Shown one piece after another: positions 52,159 through 64,000 of a stretch of 64,000 nucleotides of DNA. Each line of letters begins with the position of its first letter. Positions within the stretch are counted from its first letter, which is position 1. The stretch comes from Octopus sinensis. Its lineage: Eukaryota. Below the pieces are notes generated by a model that searched no databases, was not told the origin of the DNA, and saw nothing but the letters and a program-made list of their open reading frames with translations. The DNA lies in contig NC_043015.1 of assembly GCF_006345805.1 (NCBI RefSeq), forward strand, positions 27,652,001 to 27,716,000. The letters are read 5' to 3'. Position numbers and translations under genes: made by a program.

Positions 52159-52222
52159 AAAAGAACTAGAGAAACAGTTATCTGATATTGCTCAGAAACT
52201 GAGAAATGCTAAAGCATTCTAT
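52159..52222 (+). CDS. 64-nt internal exon (TKELEKQLSDIAQKLRNAKAFY, phase 2 to 0)
   Basis: ttctacttttag acceptor, TAT|gtgagt consensus donor, open heptad-like frame continuing the previous exon. Confidence 0.8.
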
Positions 52223-53269
52223 GTGAGTATTGAAAGAATATTGATTTCTTCTTTAAGCATGTGGCCAATTTTTGTAAAAGATGAGGTAGAGTTGATAGAA
52301 TCGACCCAGTCTCTTTATCAAAGTGCTGTTATTTACTTTATCAGACCTGAAGGAATGAAAGGGAAATTGAAGTGTAATAGGATTTGAGTTGAGAACAGGA
52401 CAAAACTATTTACTGTAATACATTTAGTTTGACATTCTACTTACAGAATCATCACTGCCACCATCCCTACTTCCAACCTTTATGTATTAAGAATATAGGA
52501 AAGCAGAGTTTTCCACGAGTAAAATCTAAGATCCAAGTTGATAGACTGTATTAAAAGCAATTGGATCTTAGAAGAATTGCGATAAGTTCAATTCCTTACC
52601 CTCAGATGAAGAGCGTGAAGCCCAAACATTATATTCTTCATTCTTTGAGGCAACTGAACCCCAAATTCTTAGAATATCTCCAACAGAAGTTTTCAATTCC
52701 TGATGGCATGTGAGAATATATGATGATGGCTCAGCACTTAAAGAGTGACTATGAGAAGTTGTGATATTTATCCCTTTACTGGAAACAACACAATAAGGAA
52801 AGCAAGGATAACAAGGGCCAATTTTTTTTTATTCAAAACTTCCATCTACACATAAAACAAGCCAACTGGGTGCCTCAATGTGTCAAATCTTAAAAAATAT
52901 GAAGGACACATAGTCCACAATTCACTATGCCTAGAAGGAAAGCAATGGGACGGTCACTGTTGAAATGCTTTAGTGATAGAATTTAGAATATATATACTAG
53001 AGTGGTTAGATGATAAGTTTTGCTTGAGAACAGATTCCACCCAGTTTGAGAACTGAACCCACAATCTGATGATCATGAATGTAACACCTTTGGGAATAAA
53101 TAAACGAATGCCTGATGGTAATTTTTATGAAAGGTAAAATTAATCATGCTTGTCAATCTATCATCTGCTGGCCAAGCATGCCCCAACTTCTCTTATCCCT
53201 CATAGGTACAGATGCAGGCAGATTGTAAACAACAATAAACCAAGTGGTTTTACTACAAACAGGTACCTT

Positions 53270-53990
53270 TCTTCTGTAGGTTCCAAAATACTGGGTCATC
53301 TCCTAAATAATGCGATTTTTTTATACTTCTTTTATTTCTAAAAATTAAGATAAACAAAGTTCTTTTTTGATCTAAAATATACTCTCCTTCATTTTCTACA
53401 ATACTTTTCCATCTATCTAGCAGACTTGCAATGGCTCTTCCAAAATTCACCTGTCCATGATGAAAAATACCCCTCCAGTACTGTTCTGACTTTGTCTACA
53501 GAATTCATATTTTTTCTGTCCAAATGATTTTGAAGACTGTGGAATAAATGATAATCAAATGGGTCAATGTCTGGCAAATATGGTGGGTGGGGCATCGTTT
53601 CCCATTCAAACTGCTCCAGCCATTGTATATGGCCGAGCATCTACACTGTTTGTGGCCGAGCATTATCCTGATGTAAGAAAACCTTTTGACTTGAAACCAA
53701 AGATGGTCTTTTTTCTTCTAGCACTGACAAATTGGGCCAATGGGTTCTTCACAAACTTACCGAGTCTGATCAGGCACAGAGAGTGAATGTGTGTTCTTCT
53801 TTGCTATCACCTCTCACAAATCAACCCTTTTTGGACTGAATAGTGACTGGTAAATAGAAATGGGTTCTCTATAAAAATGTCTACCTTCAAAGACAGTGGG
53901 TAATGAAAGGAGAAACACCAGCACCCCAGGCTAAAGAAGGTCTTCACCCATGTAAGGTGTTGTTATCTGTTTGATGGGATATGATGAAGG
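53270..53990 (-). mobile_element. Degraded mariner, 3' half
   Basis: WETMPHPPYLPDIDPFDYHLFHSLQNHL; C-terminal RWKSIVENEGEYILD. Confidence 0.8.
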
Positions 53991-54109
53991 TGAAAGGATC
54001 TTCAGCTAAATTCCTTATGGGTATGAGAAAGCAATTCAAATTCTTCTGGGTGAACAATAGTGATAGCAGAGGTGGGGTAGTTGAAAGATGGATAAAGAAA
54101 TAGAGGTGT

Positions 54110-55345
54110 GTCGAAAGATAATGAAGCTAAAATTAATAATAGGCAGCATGACAGCAAGATTTATCTTGGCATATAACCCATAGGTAGGGCTGATGGAAGA
54201 ACAGAAGAATTGCTTCTATGAGACCCTTCTGCAGACCATCTCAGGAATGAGTGACAATGATATCATTATCATAGCTGGTGACTTCAATGGTCAACGCATT
54301 GATAGCTTTTGTGATGCACATGGAGGCTAAGATTAGGACTCGAAAAATGGGGCAGGTGTAAAGCTTCTGGAGTTTTATGTTTCAACTTATTTAACAATTT
54401 GCAATATACTCTTTAAAAAAATCATCCAATCTGACTAACACACAAATCAGATAGATTACTTTCTCATCACAAAATGGGACAGCAGGGTTAGTGTAAACAC
54501 CAAAACCTTTCCTGGCAAAGAATGCACTATGCACCATAAGTTAGTGACTAGTGACTTCTGTATCAGAGCTTGGCAGATACAGAAAAGAAAAACATCACAG
54601 AGAAAGAAGGTTTGGAAAATTAAATAATGTTCATGACTGTAAAGGAGAGGATTTAGATACCTGTAGCATAGATGACAACTGGAAATTTCTAGGTGTTACA
54701 GGTTACAGGTTTGACATAAGGTTGAAGCAAAGTTCCAGTCAAACCACTAGTAACAATAAGGTTTCAAAGAGACAAATTTCGAAAGACTAGAAGGGTGGTG
54801 GTAATAGGGAGCACTACTCAATGACAAGAAGGGGATGTTGGCTTCAGGTATATTAGGTTAAAGGTGAGGCAGAAAAGATTTGTACACGTATTGCAACATG
54901 AGGATGAGAGGTAGGGAGTGATTAGGATTGGAAAATAATTTGTGAGAGAGAACAAAGATGTCATTAGTGAGAAGTGTATTTAGAATAATAAAGGAAAACT
55001 TGCTGCTGATATAGAACAAAAAAAAACTGGCATAGAAGTGCTATTATGAAAGGTTGATGAATGTGGAGGACTCATGGGATAAACAAGGATTACTCCATGC
55101 TGATCCAATAGAGGGATGAGCAATTCAAGTTGACAGCAGTGTGGTAAATAAAGTAATCAAGGATATGAAGAGTGAAGAAAGCAACAGATCCATCGGAGAC
55201 TGTTGCAGAAATAATAGAAAGTGGGATATGAGATTACCATCTAGATAGTTAAGTCATTCAGGAGGTGTAATTCCCAATGACTGGAATAGATATATCATTG
55301 TTAACTGCTTCAAGGGCAAAGGTGTTGCCTTAGAGAGAAGCAAGA
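54110..55345 (+). mobile_element. Old RTE LINE fragment (endonuclease to start of RT)
   Basis: IAGDFNG and ...IIVNCFKGKG.ALER remnants. Confidence 0.7.
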
Positions 55346-58140
55346 CCAGCACCTGGAGAAGCAAGTTTATGCCTTCCATAAGTGTTGTTGGGCGCTGGAT
55401 GGATGGAGGGATGGACCAATTAAATTGCTTTGGGTCTGGTTTGGTCTGTGCCTCCAGATGGGAAAAAAGTTGGACAAAGCTATGAGCAGAGTGGTTACTC
55501 TCACCCAGATATAAGCCAAGAAGAATCTATCCCTGAAAAGTTGAGCAGATGTGGCAAAAAAGTGCATTGCATCAACCATCTGCTACCACCTGACCATTGA
55601 GCCTTGGAACATTTACTCTTTTGCTGATTGTGGGAGAGACATATTCTGATGGCCAGGCAATCAATCTGCAGTGAACACCTACTGTATGGATGATGATGCG
55701 TAAACATGCATAGGGACTACAACATCTCCAGCACTTTCTTGATGATGAACAGGTGTAGCCATTGTTCACCAGACATGTATTTCCCCAGCTCATCTCTTTG
55801 ATGAGCCCTGGGTCAAGCAAAGTCCAAGAGAAAGCACTTAGAAAGTGGAATGTCTTCAAGCACTCAGCCCTCTGACTGTCAGACACCATAGTAGGTGGAA
55901 AATCCAATTTAGCGTTGTAGTGAAAGGTAAAAGCAATGACATTCTTGAGGAGACCCTCAGTGTTGAAGGCGATAAACTAGCCACTCTCTTCCAGATAACT
56001 TTCAGCTCAATAACAATGGATAACTTTCAGAAATGCTTGGCCTGGTATTGCTACCAGGGAGCATTGTTGGTGCAAGATAAACTCTACAGGCATGGAAGTG
56101 CCATCAGCCAAACATGTCTGAGATGTGTGTAGAGCAATGAAACCATCCTGCATGCACTTGTCCAGTGCTTAAGCATTATTGAGCTACAGTTTATGCTGAA
56201 CACTTGCTGTTATGTAAGGGATATATCTGGCTACAGCTGAATCCACCATGAAGAGCACCCCACTGCCTTCTTTTAATTTGTAAAAGCAGGCACCCTAACC
56301 CTAATCCTGGTGGCCAAGGTGAACGGGGTTATATGGTGGATGTAATTGAAGGAGTTGAAAACAAACAGTTGCCTCTTTGACTTATCCATCATTAACTTCT
56401 TCAAGTTTTACTTAAAGAGGAAAATAAAGGTAGAGAGGAAAGACGTTGATTAAGGCTAAAATGCATCTAACCAAGACTGGCTGGACAGTCTACCTTAATG
56501 CACCAGAGGAAGTGAAAAACGCCACCTGAAAAAAGACCTTTAAATGCAGATGCATATCCCTGAAGTCAAGAAGACTAGAACAAGCAATGCAGGCCCAGGT
56601 TGAAAAACACATGAGTCTGGTCTGGAATTTAGAACCATATGTTGCCTGAGGCAAAAGCTTTGACATGAAGAACTATCCAAAGAAAATGTTACAACAAGCC
56701 TCAAGAATAAGGAATTATGCATGATTCCCACATGTTTCAGTCAGAGGGTTGTCAAAGTCAAGGTAGCAAAGGTGCCACCAGAAGTGGACTTCTTTTTGCT
56801 GGCAGCAGACATGTTATGTAGCAAAGAGGACAAAGTAAAGACTTTACAAGTCTACAAAATTAAAAACAAAAATTGGTATTGTACAAGGATGGAACTCTTG
56901 TTGCATTCTGATTCTACAACTGCATAAGAGATTCCTGATTTATTTAATCTACCTGGAGGAACAAAACAAAACTACTGAAAGTAGAGAGCCGGGATGCTAC
57001 ATTTGTGGCAAAACAAATCTTTTATAGGCTTTTTGCCTTGCACAAACAAAAGGAAAAACCATGCTGCTGCAAACACCTCCAACACAACAACAGCCACAAA
57101 AGCAACAATAACAGCACCAGCAGAGGCAGGTGACTACTATAGCTGCAAAACAACAGCAATCACAGCAGCAGCAGCAACTACAAGAACAAATGGAAACAAC
57201 AGCAGCAAAGAGAACAAAAACTCACCAACATCTATGGCTTCCAAATACTAGATAGCAACAAAAGCAGCAGCATGAGATTAGTGGAGGAAAAGATTGATGA
57301 CGTACTTGGGGGAAACTCTAGGCATTGGGAGGGATCGACTAACTGGTCTTTCAAGCCAAAATCTATGAATAGCTTCCAGAAATCCCTGGCCTGGCAGTGC
57401 TGCTGGGGAGCTCTGCCAGTTCAAGATTAGCATTATAGACATTGAAGTTCTGTCAGATAGACCTGCCCAAGATATGTCCAGGGTAACGAAACTGTCCTGC
57501 ATGCATTCGTCCAGTATTACAGGCTTGTGAGGCTTTTTGTCAGACAGCTGTTGTTGCATGTAGGACAGATCCAGTTATCAGCCAAGTCCATCGTAAAGTC
57601 CATCCTACCACCTTCCTTGGCCAAGAAGGAAAGGCAGTTTTCTTCTGTCTAGTGGCAAAGGAGGAAGTGCAGTGGATGAGATTGAAAGGATTGAAGACAG
57701 ATACTTTCCTTTTTGGCCAAGCCCTCATCAACTTTTCCAAGTTCCACCTGAAAAGGAAAGTGAGAATAGAGAGAGAAGTTTTTCCCCCATCTCCCCCAAT
57801 AAATTTGTTGAAAAGTGGGTGAATGTGGCGAGGACGGCCCATGTGAATGGTCCTACTCTGAACTTTCATTTGTAAACTGGAGGAGTTTGAGAAGGAGTGG
57901 ATCACCTGCTAAGGTGCTTCAGGCAATCAGGATAACCAAAATGTGTGGGGATTCTCAGTTGTCCCTGTGAAGAACTCCCCACTTTTGGGGAATTTTTATA
58001 GTTTGTTTTGTTAACTATTTTTGTTACTTATTATATACACAGGATTGTTCAACACCCCACTTGTCCCTTGCATTGTATTGTCCCTATTTGTTTTGTGTTC
58101 AGCCTTTGTGGTCAATAAAAGAAAGTATTATTATAATTAT
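55345..58140 (+). mobile_element. Cluster of degraded Tx1 fragments: ORF2 C-terminus (55345-56445), ORF1 remnant (56460-57270), second ORF2 C-terminus with 3' UTR (57290-58140)
   Basis: Homology to the 12433-13722 peptides (VVGRWM..PIKLL..WFG; LAWYCYQGAL); SQRVVKVKVAKVPPEVD; ends ctttgtggtcaataaaagaaag. Confidence 0.75.
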
Positions 58141-58524
58141 TAAAGAATTATCATTATTATTATTATTGAGTGAGAGAGCAGTGCATGCCATCAAAGTGAC
58201 GCTGGGGTAAAATATACAAAGCCCAGTATACCCATCATGACTACCTGCCTGATAAGGCTAAATCAGGCACATGCATCACAACCATATGTGCATGGCATGG
58301 TGATCTCATATCAAGATAAATAGTGCATGACCTTGGTCAAGCAAATGATAAGCAAATCTGTGGTATTGAGCAGAATATTTGCTGTAGCCCATCTTTTATA
58401 CCAAGACAAAACAATGTACATGATAACACTTCCAGTCAGTTAAGATCAGAAGCCATGAGAACCACTGCCTGGCACTGCATTAGGGCATTATCATCATCAT
58501 CAAGCACTAGGCCATGCCTGACAG

Positions 58525-58820
58525 GATGCATGGCCCAGTGGTTAGGGTGTTACACTCATGGTTGTGAGATTGTGGTTTCAGTTCCTAAACCGCATGATGC
58601 AATGCGTTCTTCAGCAAAACACTTCCTCTCACATTGCTCTGTGATCACTTCCACACCTGACACGTGATGCAATGTCCACCTGTTCAGGAAAAGTCGATTT
58701 GATGGAGGGAATAAGCTAATGTACAGCACATACGTTTGATCATTATAAACAAATTATTTGTGCAAATCATTTGGCAAAAGCTGAACATTCATACATCGTT
58801 TTTGACAGGACAGTCCATCA
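58525..58820 (+). mobile_element. tRNA-derived SINE followed by (TAC)n
   Basis: A-box tggcccagtggttag and a decayed B-box; (TAC)n at about 58826-58890. Confidence 0.6.
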
Positions 58821-58824
58821 TAAT

Positions 58825-58889
<65 letters not shown>

Positions 58890-59217
58890 TTCTTACTATT
58901 TTTATTATTGTTTTGATGGCTGGGTTCATTTCACATATTGTTACAGCAATTTGACATTAACTTTCAGAATCAGCAATGTGTGGACACTGAATAAGCATAT
59001 ATTGGACTGTTAAAAACAGTTGAAAACAGTCAAGGTGCAGTAAGATAGAGTTGAATCTTGAACCACATAGCTGCAAGTGAACTTCTTAATCACAGAGCCA
59101 AGCATTCTGTCAGAATATCAAAAAGATGTTTTGAGTGAAGAAGGAAAGCAATTTTAACCAACCAACTAAATATATATTAAACTAGCTTAAAAGCTGCACT
59201 CTGTGCAGACTTTTCAG

Positions 59218-59239
59218 CTGGCTCCTGTGAAGGGCAAAA
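59218..59239 (+). CDS. Candidate 22-nt internal exon (LAPVKGK + A, phase 0 to 1)
   Basis: gacttttcag|CTGGCTCCTGTGAAGGGCAAAA|gtgagc; the phase fits the 52159-52222 exon. Confidence 0.5.
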
Positions 59240-60139
59240 GTGAGCAATAATAATAAAGCATTTAAAGTTTAAATGAAAAACTTGTAACTTTTGGGGGTTC
59301 TTTTAAAATTTGAATTTCAACTGTTATCAAATCCTCATCCAGACCTGATCCCAAAGCTGGTCCTAGGATCATTCTGATTCCAAAAGATATAATATGCCTA
59401 TGTAGAGAAAATGTAGACTGTGATACTGGGTTCCAGACACAGACAGACAGAATTTCACATTTATTATTATAGATATGTATACTTAATATGCAGTAAATAT
59501 AATCTTAATTATATACTGAATATATATTTAAAAAATAAAGAGTTAAATAATAAAAAGATTAAATTTATTGAGAATGAATCAGGAAAAAAAGTAAAGAATA
59601 ATAAGTCAACCTGGAATTGAACCTTGTGATCCAGAATCTTAGCACAGTTTTATAAATCACATATGGAAGAAATGAAAGTGATAGCAAACATTTTAGTAAA
59701 AAGAAACTAACATAAGAACTAACACCCAGAAAATGTAATATAGGCTTTTAATGGAGTATTAGTTTAAATCAGTTTAACATTGATCTGTTCAATTACATTT
59801 GAAATATGTTCCATTATATTTTTAGCATCAATTATTTACATTTGAAATTGTTTAGGAAGCTTACTTCTTAGATGCATACACACATACATACATACATACA
59901 TACATACATACATACATACATACATACATACATACATACATACATACTACATACATACATATGTATATATGTATAATATATTGTATGGTATACTATGTGT
60001 GTGTGTATGTACGTGTGTGTGTGCGTGCACGTATGCATGTATGAATGTGTGTATGTATGCATGTATGAATTATGCCTATTTAAGTATACATGCACACATA
60101 GATGCATATATGTATATACACTTTTTCATATATATATAT

Positions 60140-60204
<65 letters not shown>

Positions 60205-61496
60205 ACATACATGCATACATACATAGATACATACACACATATATACACACACAACTATATATCTATATTATATCTGCTTCAACTATAAAATAAAAATTTT
60301 CGTTAGATATAAATTAGATTTGAATAAGTATTTCAGGTTTCACTTCTAAATTATATCTACTAGCTCACAGCTTAAGTATATATTAAATAATAATCCTCCA
60401 TTCTGAGAGAGGTTGTGTTAAAATTTCATTAAAGCTGTTTATTGCATGATAGCAGCAGCATGCTTACAAGAAATAAATTTTGATTCAAAAATATATCACT
60501 AAGTTCTTTTTGCATATATACATGCACACATGCATGCATTCACACATGTGCATGCATGCACACACACATGTGTGTGTGTGTGAACAAATTGAAATATTAC
60601 TATGTGTACTGCACAGCATCAAGGTAACAATCCATTACTGTATAAATTATTGAATGACATCTTGATGATGGTGAAAAAGATGAAGAGGAAGATTAAATAG
60701 AAGGCATATCTGTAGCACATTGCTTCACAGTACTCTAATTATCAAAATAAATACACATGAATACATGCACCTATATAAATGCACACATATGCTTATGCAT
60801 AATGGACAGACACTTGCTTCTGACATATGTGGCAAACAGTTATTTATACTTTCAATTGGGCATTTCTTCATGCTAAGCAAACTTTCTTCTATGTTTGATT
60901 TAAAAGGCTGAATGACTTAAAACATTCACTTTGTGTTAAAGCAACTACAAGGTAACATAGACAAATAAATTCATGCACGCACTCACACACACAAAACATG
61001 CACATAGACACACACACACATGCACACACATATGTATGTATGTATCTTTTTATCTTTTTACTTATTTCACTCATTTGAATACAGCCATACTGGGGCACCA
61101 CCCTCAAGGGTTCTTTAGCGGAACAAATCCAGCCCAGGACTCTTCATTTTAAGCCTAATACTTATTCTCTCATTCTCTTCCGTCGACTGTTAGGTTACAC
61201 ACCAGCACCAATTATCAAGTGAGGATGAGGGGACAAACACAGAAACAAAGACACATGCAAAGATACATGCATATATATGACAGGCTTCTTTCAAATTACA
61301 TCTGCCAAATCCACTCACAAGGTGACATGCAGTGAGACTGAACCTAGAGCTATGTGGTTAGGAAGCAAGCTTCTTACTACACAGCCACACCTGCTCCTAT
61401 ATATATTTATGTGTGTGTGTGTGTGTGTTGAATGTCCTTTCAATATGTTTGGAATGTGACCAGCTGTTGTGTGTGCATGTGTTATATACATATATA

Positions 61497-61527
<31 letters not shown>

Positions 61528-61538
61528 TCATACATATA

Positions 61539-61581
<43 letters not shown>

Positions 61582-61899
61582 TGTCCTGGTGTTCGTATGC
61601 ATTCGATCCTTCTTCCAGGAAATCTACGCTTCCAGCTTAGTTTTTCTTGGAGGGCTGGCCGTGATCTAGTAATCTCAAGATTAATCAGCCGAAATTACTA
61701 CGATGATCCGGTTCTTGACTGAAGACTGAGGGGTTCGAATGTCCTGTCCATGTTTATTGTATCGTCTTCTATGAGTTATACGTTCTTGTCCATGTTGTAT
61801 TTTTCTACATACCTTAATATATATATATATATATATATATCATATATCATATATTGTTAAATTCTTATCTCTTTATCTTTGTCACTTTAGACATTATTA

Positions 61900-62570
61900 T
61901 TTCTTTTTATCACAGGTTTTGTTGGAACTCTTGCAGTCTTCATGCTTAGCGGGTTTGTTGCTTGTAGCCTACAGTACCATGCTATCTTTTCTTTCCAACA
62001 ATCTAATACTTTCCTGATTATTCAGCCATGCCAAGGAGACAAACATTTTGTAACAATTATACTAGGCACTCTATGCCAATTTCCTTTATATTCCTCTTGA
62101 TGCCTTCTGATACTATCCCCAAGGGCCGCCTACTTCAATTCTCATAGCTGAACTATTTTGTACTTAAGACAGTTGTATTTATCTATTTTTGCCTTCCGAC
62201 TTGACTATTCATGAGTCAAAGGGACATGCAACATCAGCTGTATAGCACATGTGGTGCATCTTGTCAACCACCACTAGGTTCTGTCTGTTATGCTCTAGCA
62301 CCTGATCTATTTGGATTGGGAAATCCCAGAGGATTTTGCTAGTCCGACTCCACCACTTTCTGCAGTTTGTGCTCATACCACATCTTGCCTCTCTCTAACT
62401 CCCACTTTTCATACAGTTTTCCATGTAGCACTTTTGCTACCTTATCATGTCATCACAGATTGCAGTGGTTTTGGACAAGTCTAGGGCATTCATTTGAGAT
62501 ATGGGCAATGGTTTCATTCACTCTATTACAGATACAGCACAGTGGAATTCGTGGCTTGTCATCATCATTA
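61900..62570 (-). mobile_element. Degraded R4/Dong LINE 3' end
   Basis: Minus-strand DVACPFD REL remnant, ending in an aataataat tail near 61895. Confidence 0.6.
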
Positions 62571-63299
62571 TCATTATATGTTTTGGTTTAGCTTTAATTT
62601 ATAAAAGTTGCACCCAAGTCTCAACCAAAGACATCAAAGGACACCAAGGTTTTGCATCTGAAGATGCTAACAGGTGAGATGTCATGCAATTGAAAAAATT
62701 GATCTTTATGGTATCTGTGGAACAGAGAAAAACCCTTGAATGAGAAAGACTGCATTTATATAAAGAGGAATTTATGTAGAATGTGTGAGGCATCTATATG
62801 TATGATCTTTTGTGATTCTCTTATTTTGGGTGTGTCAAGAATTTGGTCTATATATTTGGTTGCTTTTTTAGATATCATTCCAAGTGTCCCAATTATTATT
62901 AGTATTATCATCATCATCATTATTATTAAGGCAGTGAGCTGGCAGAATCATTTGTGAGCCGGATGAAATGGTTAGCAGTATTTCGCTTCTCATTACTTCT
63001 GCTCATCAAGGGACATGCTCAAATAGTTATGATCAAACAACTGACAAGCAAATCTGTAGTACTCAGCAGAATATTATTATTTGTCTTTGTATAAAAGATC
63101 TGATAAAATTAGTATAGCAAAAGCTCTGACCTCTTGAAGATTTTAAGTATCAAAAAATATGAAAAGTAGCCTTGAATATTATAATTATTATTATTATTTG
63201 ATGGACATAATGATTGTTATTGTTATTGTTTTACTTCTTGTTTGCTCTGGTAGATTCTGTGAGAATGAACAGCAGTCTGCTGTCAGAGGTCTCTCACAG

Positions 63300-64000
63300 G
63301 GTCTCTTTCCATACATTATAAGCTTTGATACTTGTTTGTTAATTATCATGGGAGACAGTCAACAAACAAGTATCAATCTCGAAATCATAGCTGTCCCAAC
63401 CAGAACAGCTTTTTGGGGCTTGCTCTGCTCTCATGTCAATTCCAACTACTCTGACATATTTCTTGAACTTGGTTGTTAGTGCTCCAAGTGCCCCTACAAC
63501 TACTGGAATGACAGACACTCTCCTCATAGTCCACATTCTTGCAATCTTGTCTTTTAGTAGACTGTACTTTGCAATCTAGTTCTTTGTCATCTATGTCTGC
63601 ATCCCCAAGTATTGCAATATCTATAATCTTAGTTTCCTTTTTACCTTTATCTACCACAACAATATCTGGCTTCTGAGCCTCGATTAGGGAGTCACATTGG
63701 ATTGTAAAATCCCACAGTATATTACATTCCTTGTTCTTGGTGAGTCCTTCTGGTTCATGTTCGTACCATTTCTGTGCTGTTCAGGCCATACTTTTCACAT
63801 GGATGAACTTAACCACATTATTGTGCCTCCTTTTGTAGTCTTTTAGACTAGCTTCCTACACTCATTCACAATATGTAAGATTGTTTCATTTCTGCTGGCA
63901 CACATCCTACAAAGGGGTGATTTGCTACTCTTATCTATTTGGAACTTGGTGTAATTAGTTCTCAGAGCTTGTTTCTGGGCACTGCACATCAATGCCTCAG
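63300..64000 (-). mobile_element. R4/Dong LINE REL fragment running off the window
   Basis: ILWDFTIQCDSLIEAQKPDIVVVDK...IIDIAILGD; VIPVVVGALG. Confidence 0.8.

Noticed and set aside
52600-52640. cagatgaagagcgtgaagcccaaac, resembling a hammerhead CUGAUGA...GAAAC
   Set aside because: Two core positions are altered and no stem I or III pairing exists; at best a fossil.
60617-60700. Possible last exon HQGNNPLLYKLLNDILMMVKKMKRKIK*
   Set aside because: Weak pyrimidine tract, and the phase conflicts with the 59218-59239 exon (it would read TSR*). Not resolvable without RNA data.
61640-61810. Repeat-like island in (TA)n containing CUGAAGA
   Set aside because: No GAAA, stem II or NUH arrangement could be folded on either strand.
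61918-62100. Strong acceptor followed by a hydrophobic open frame (SFVGTLAVFMLSGFVACSL)
   Set aside because: It is the antisense of an R4/Dong 3' tail, so the acceptor is LINE-derived. Exonisation is possible but unsupported.

Overview
Repeat-saturated, AT-rich eukaryotic (animal) genomic DNA. The SINE and LINE families and the (TA)n/(CA)n/(GACA)n/(AAT)n density look like an octopus or other cephalopod genome (inferred from the repeat landscape, not verified). The window appears to be mostly intron of one + strand gene, of which I find five short phase-compatible exons (22, 55, 90, 64 and 22 nt over about 56.5 kb). Spliced, they give one open coiled-coil peptide with a weak resemblance to the start of the dynein heavy-chain stalk. 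The introns hold fragments of RTE, Tx1, R4/Dong and CR1/L2-like LINEs, several mariners, a Gypsy end with its LTR, Helitron-type elements, a MITE and tRNA-derived SINEs. The most unusual signal is a set of minimal type-I hammerhead ribozyme motifs of the kind known from Penelope-like elements and retrozymes, found in short non-coding elements. One lies in each unit of an 828-bp tandem duplication, one is embedded in (TA)n, and one is inside a 582-bp fold-back element with a 13-bp TSD. There is also a Tx1 LINE enclosed by ~625-bp inverted arms and an RTE with a twin-priming-type 5' inversion. No rRNA, intact tRNA or CRISPR array was seen. Most transposon boundaries are approximate.
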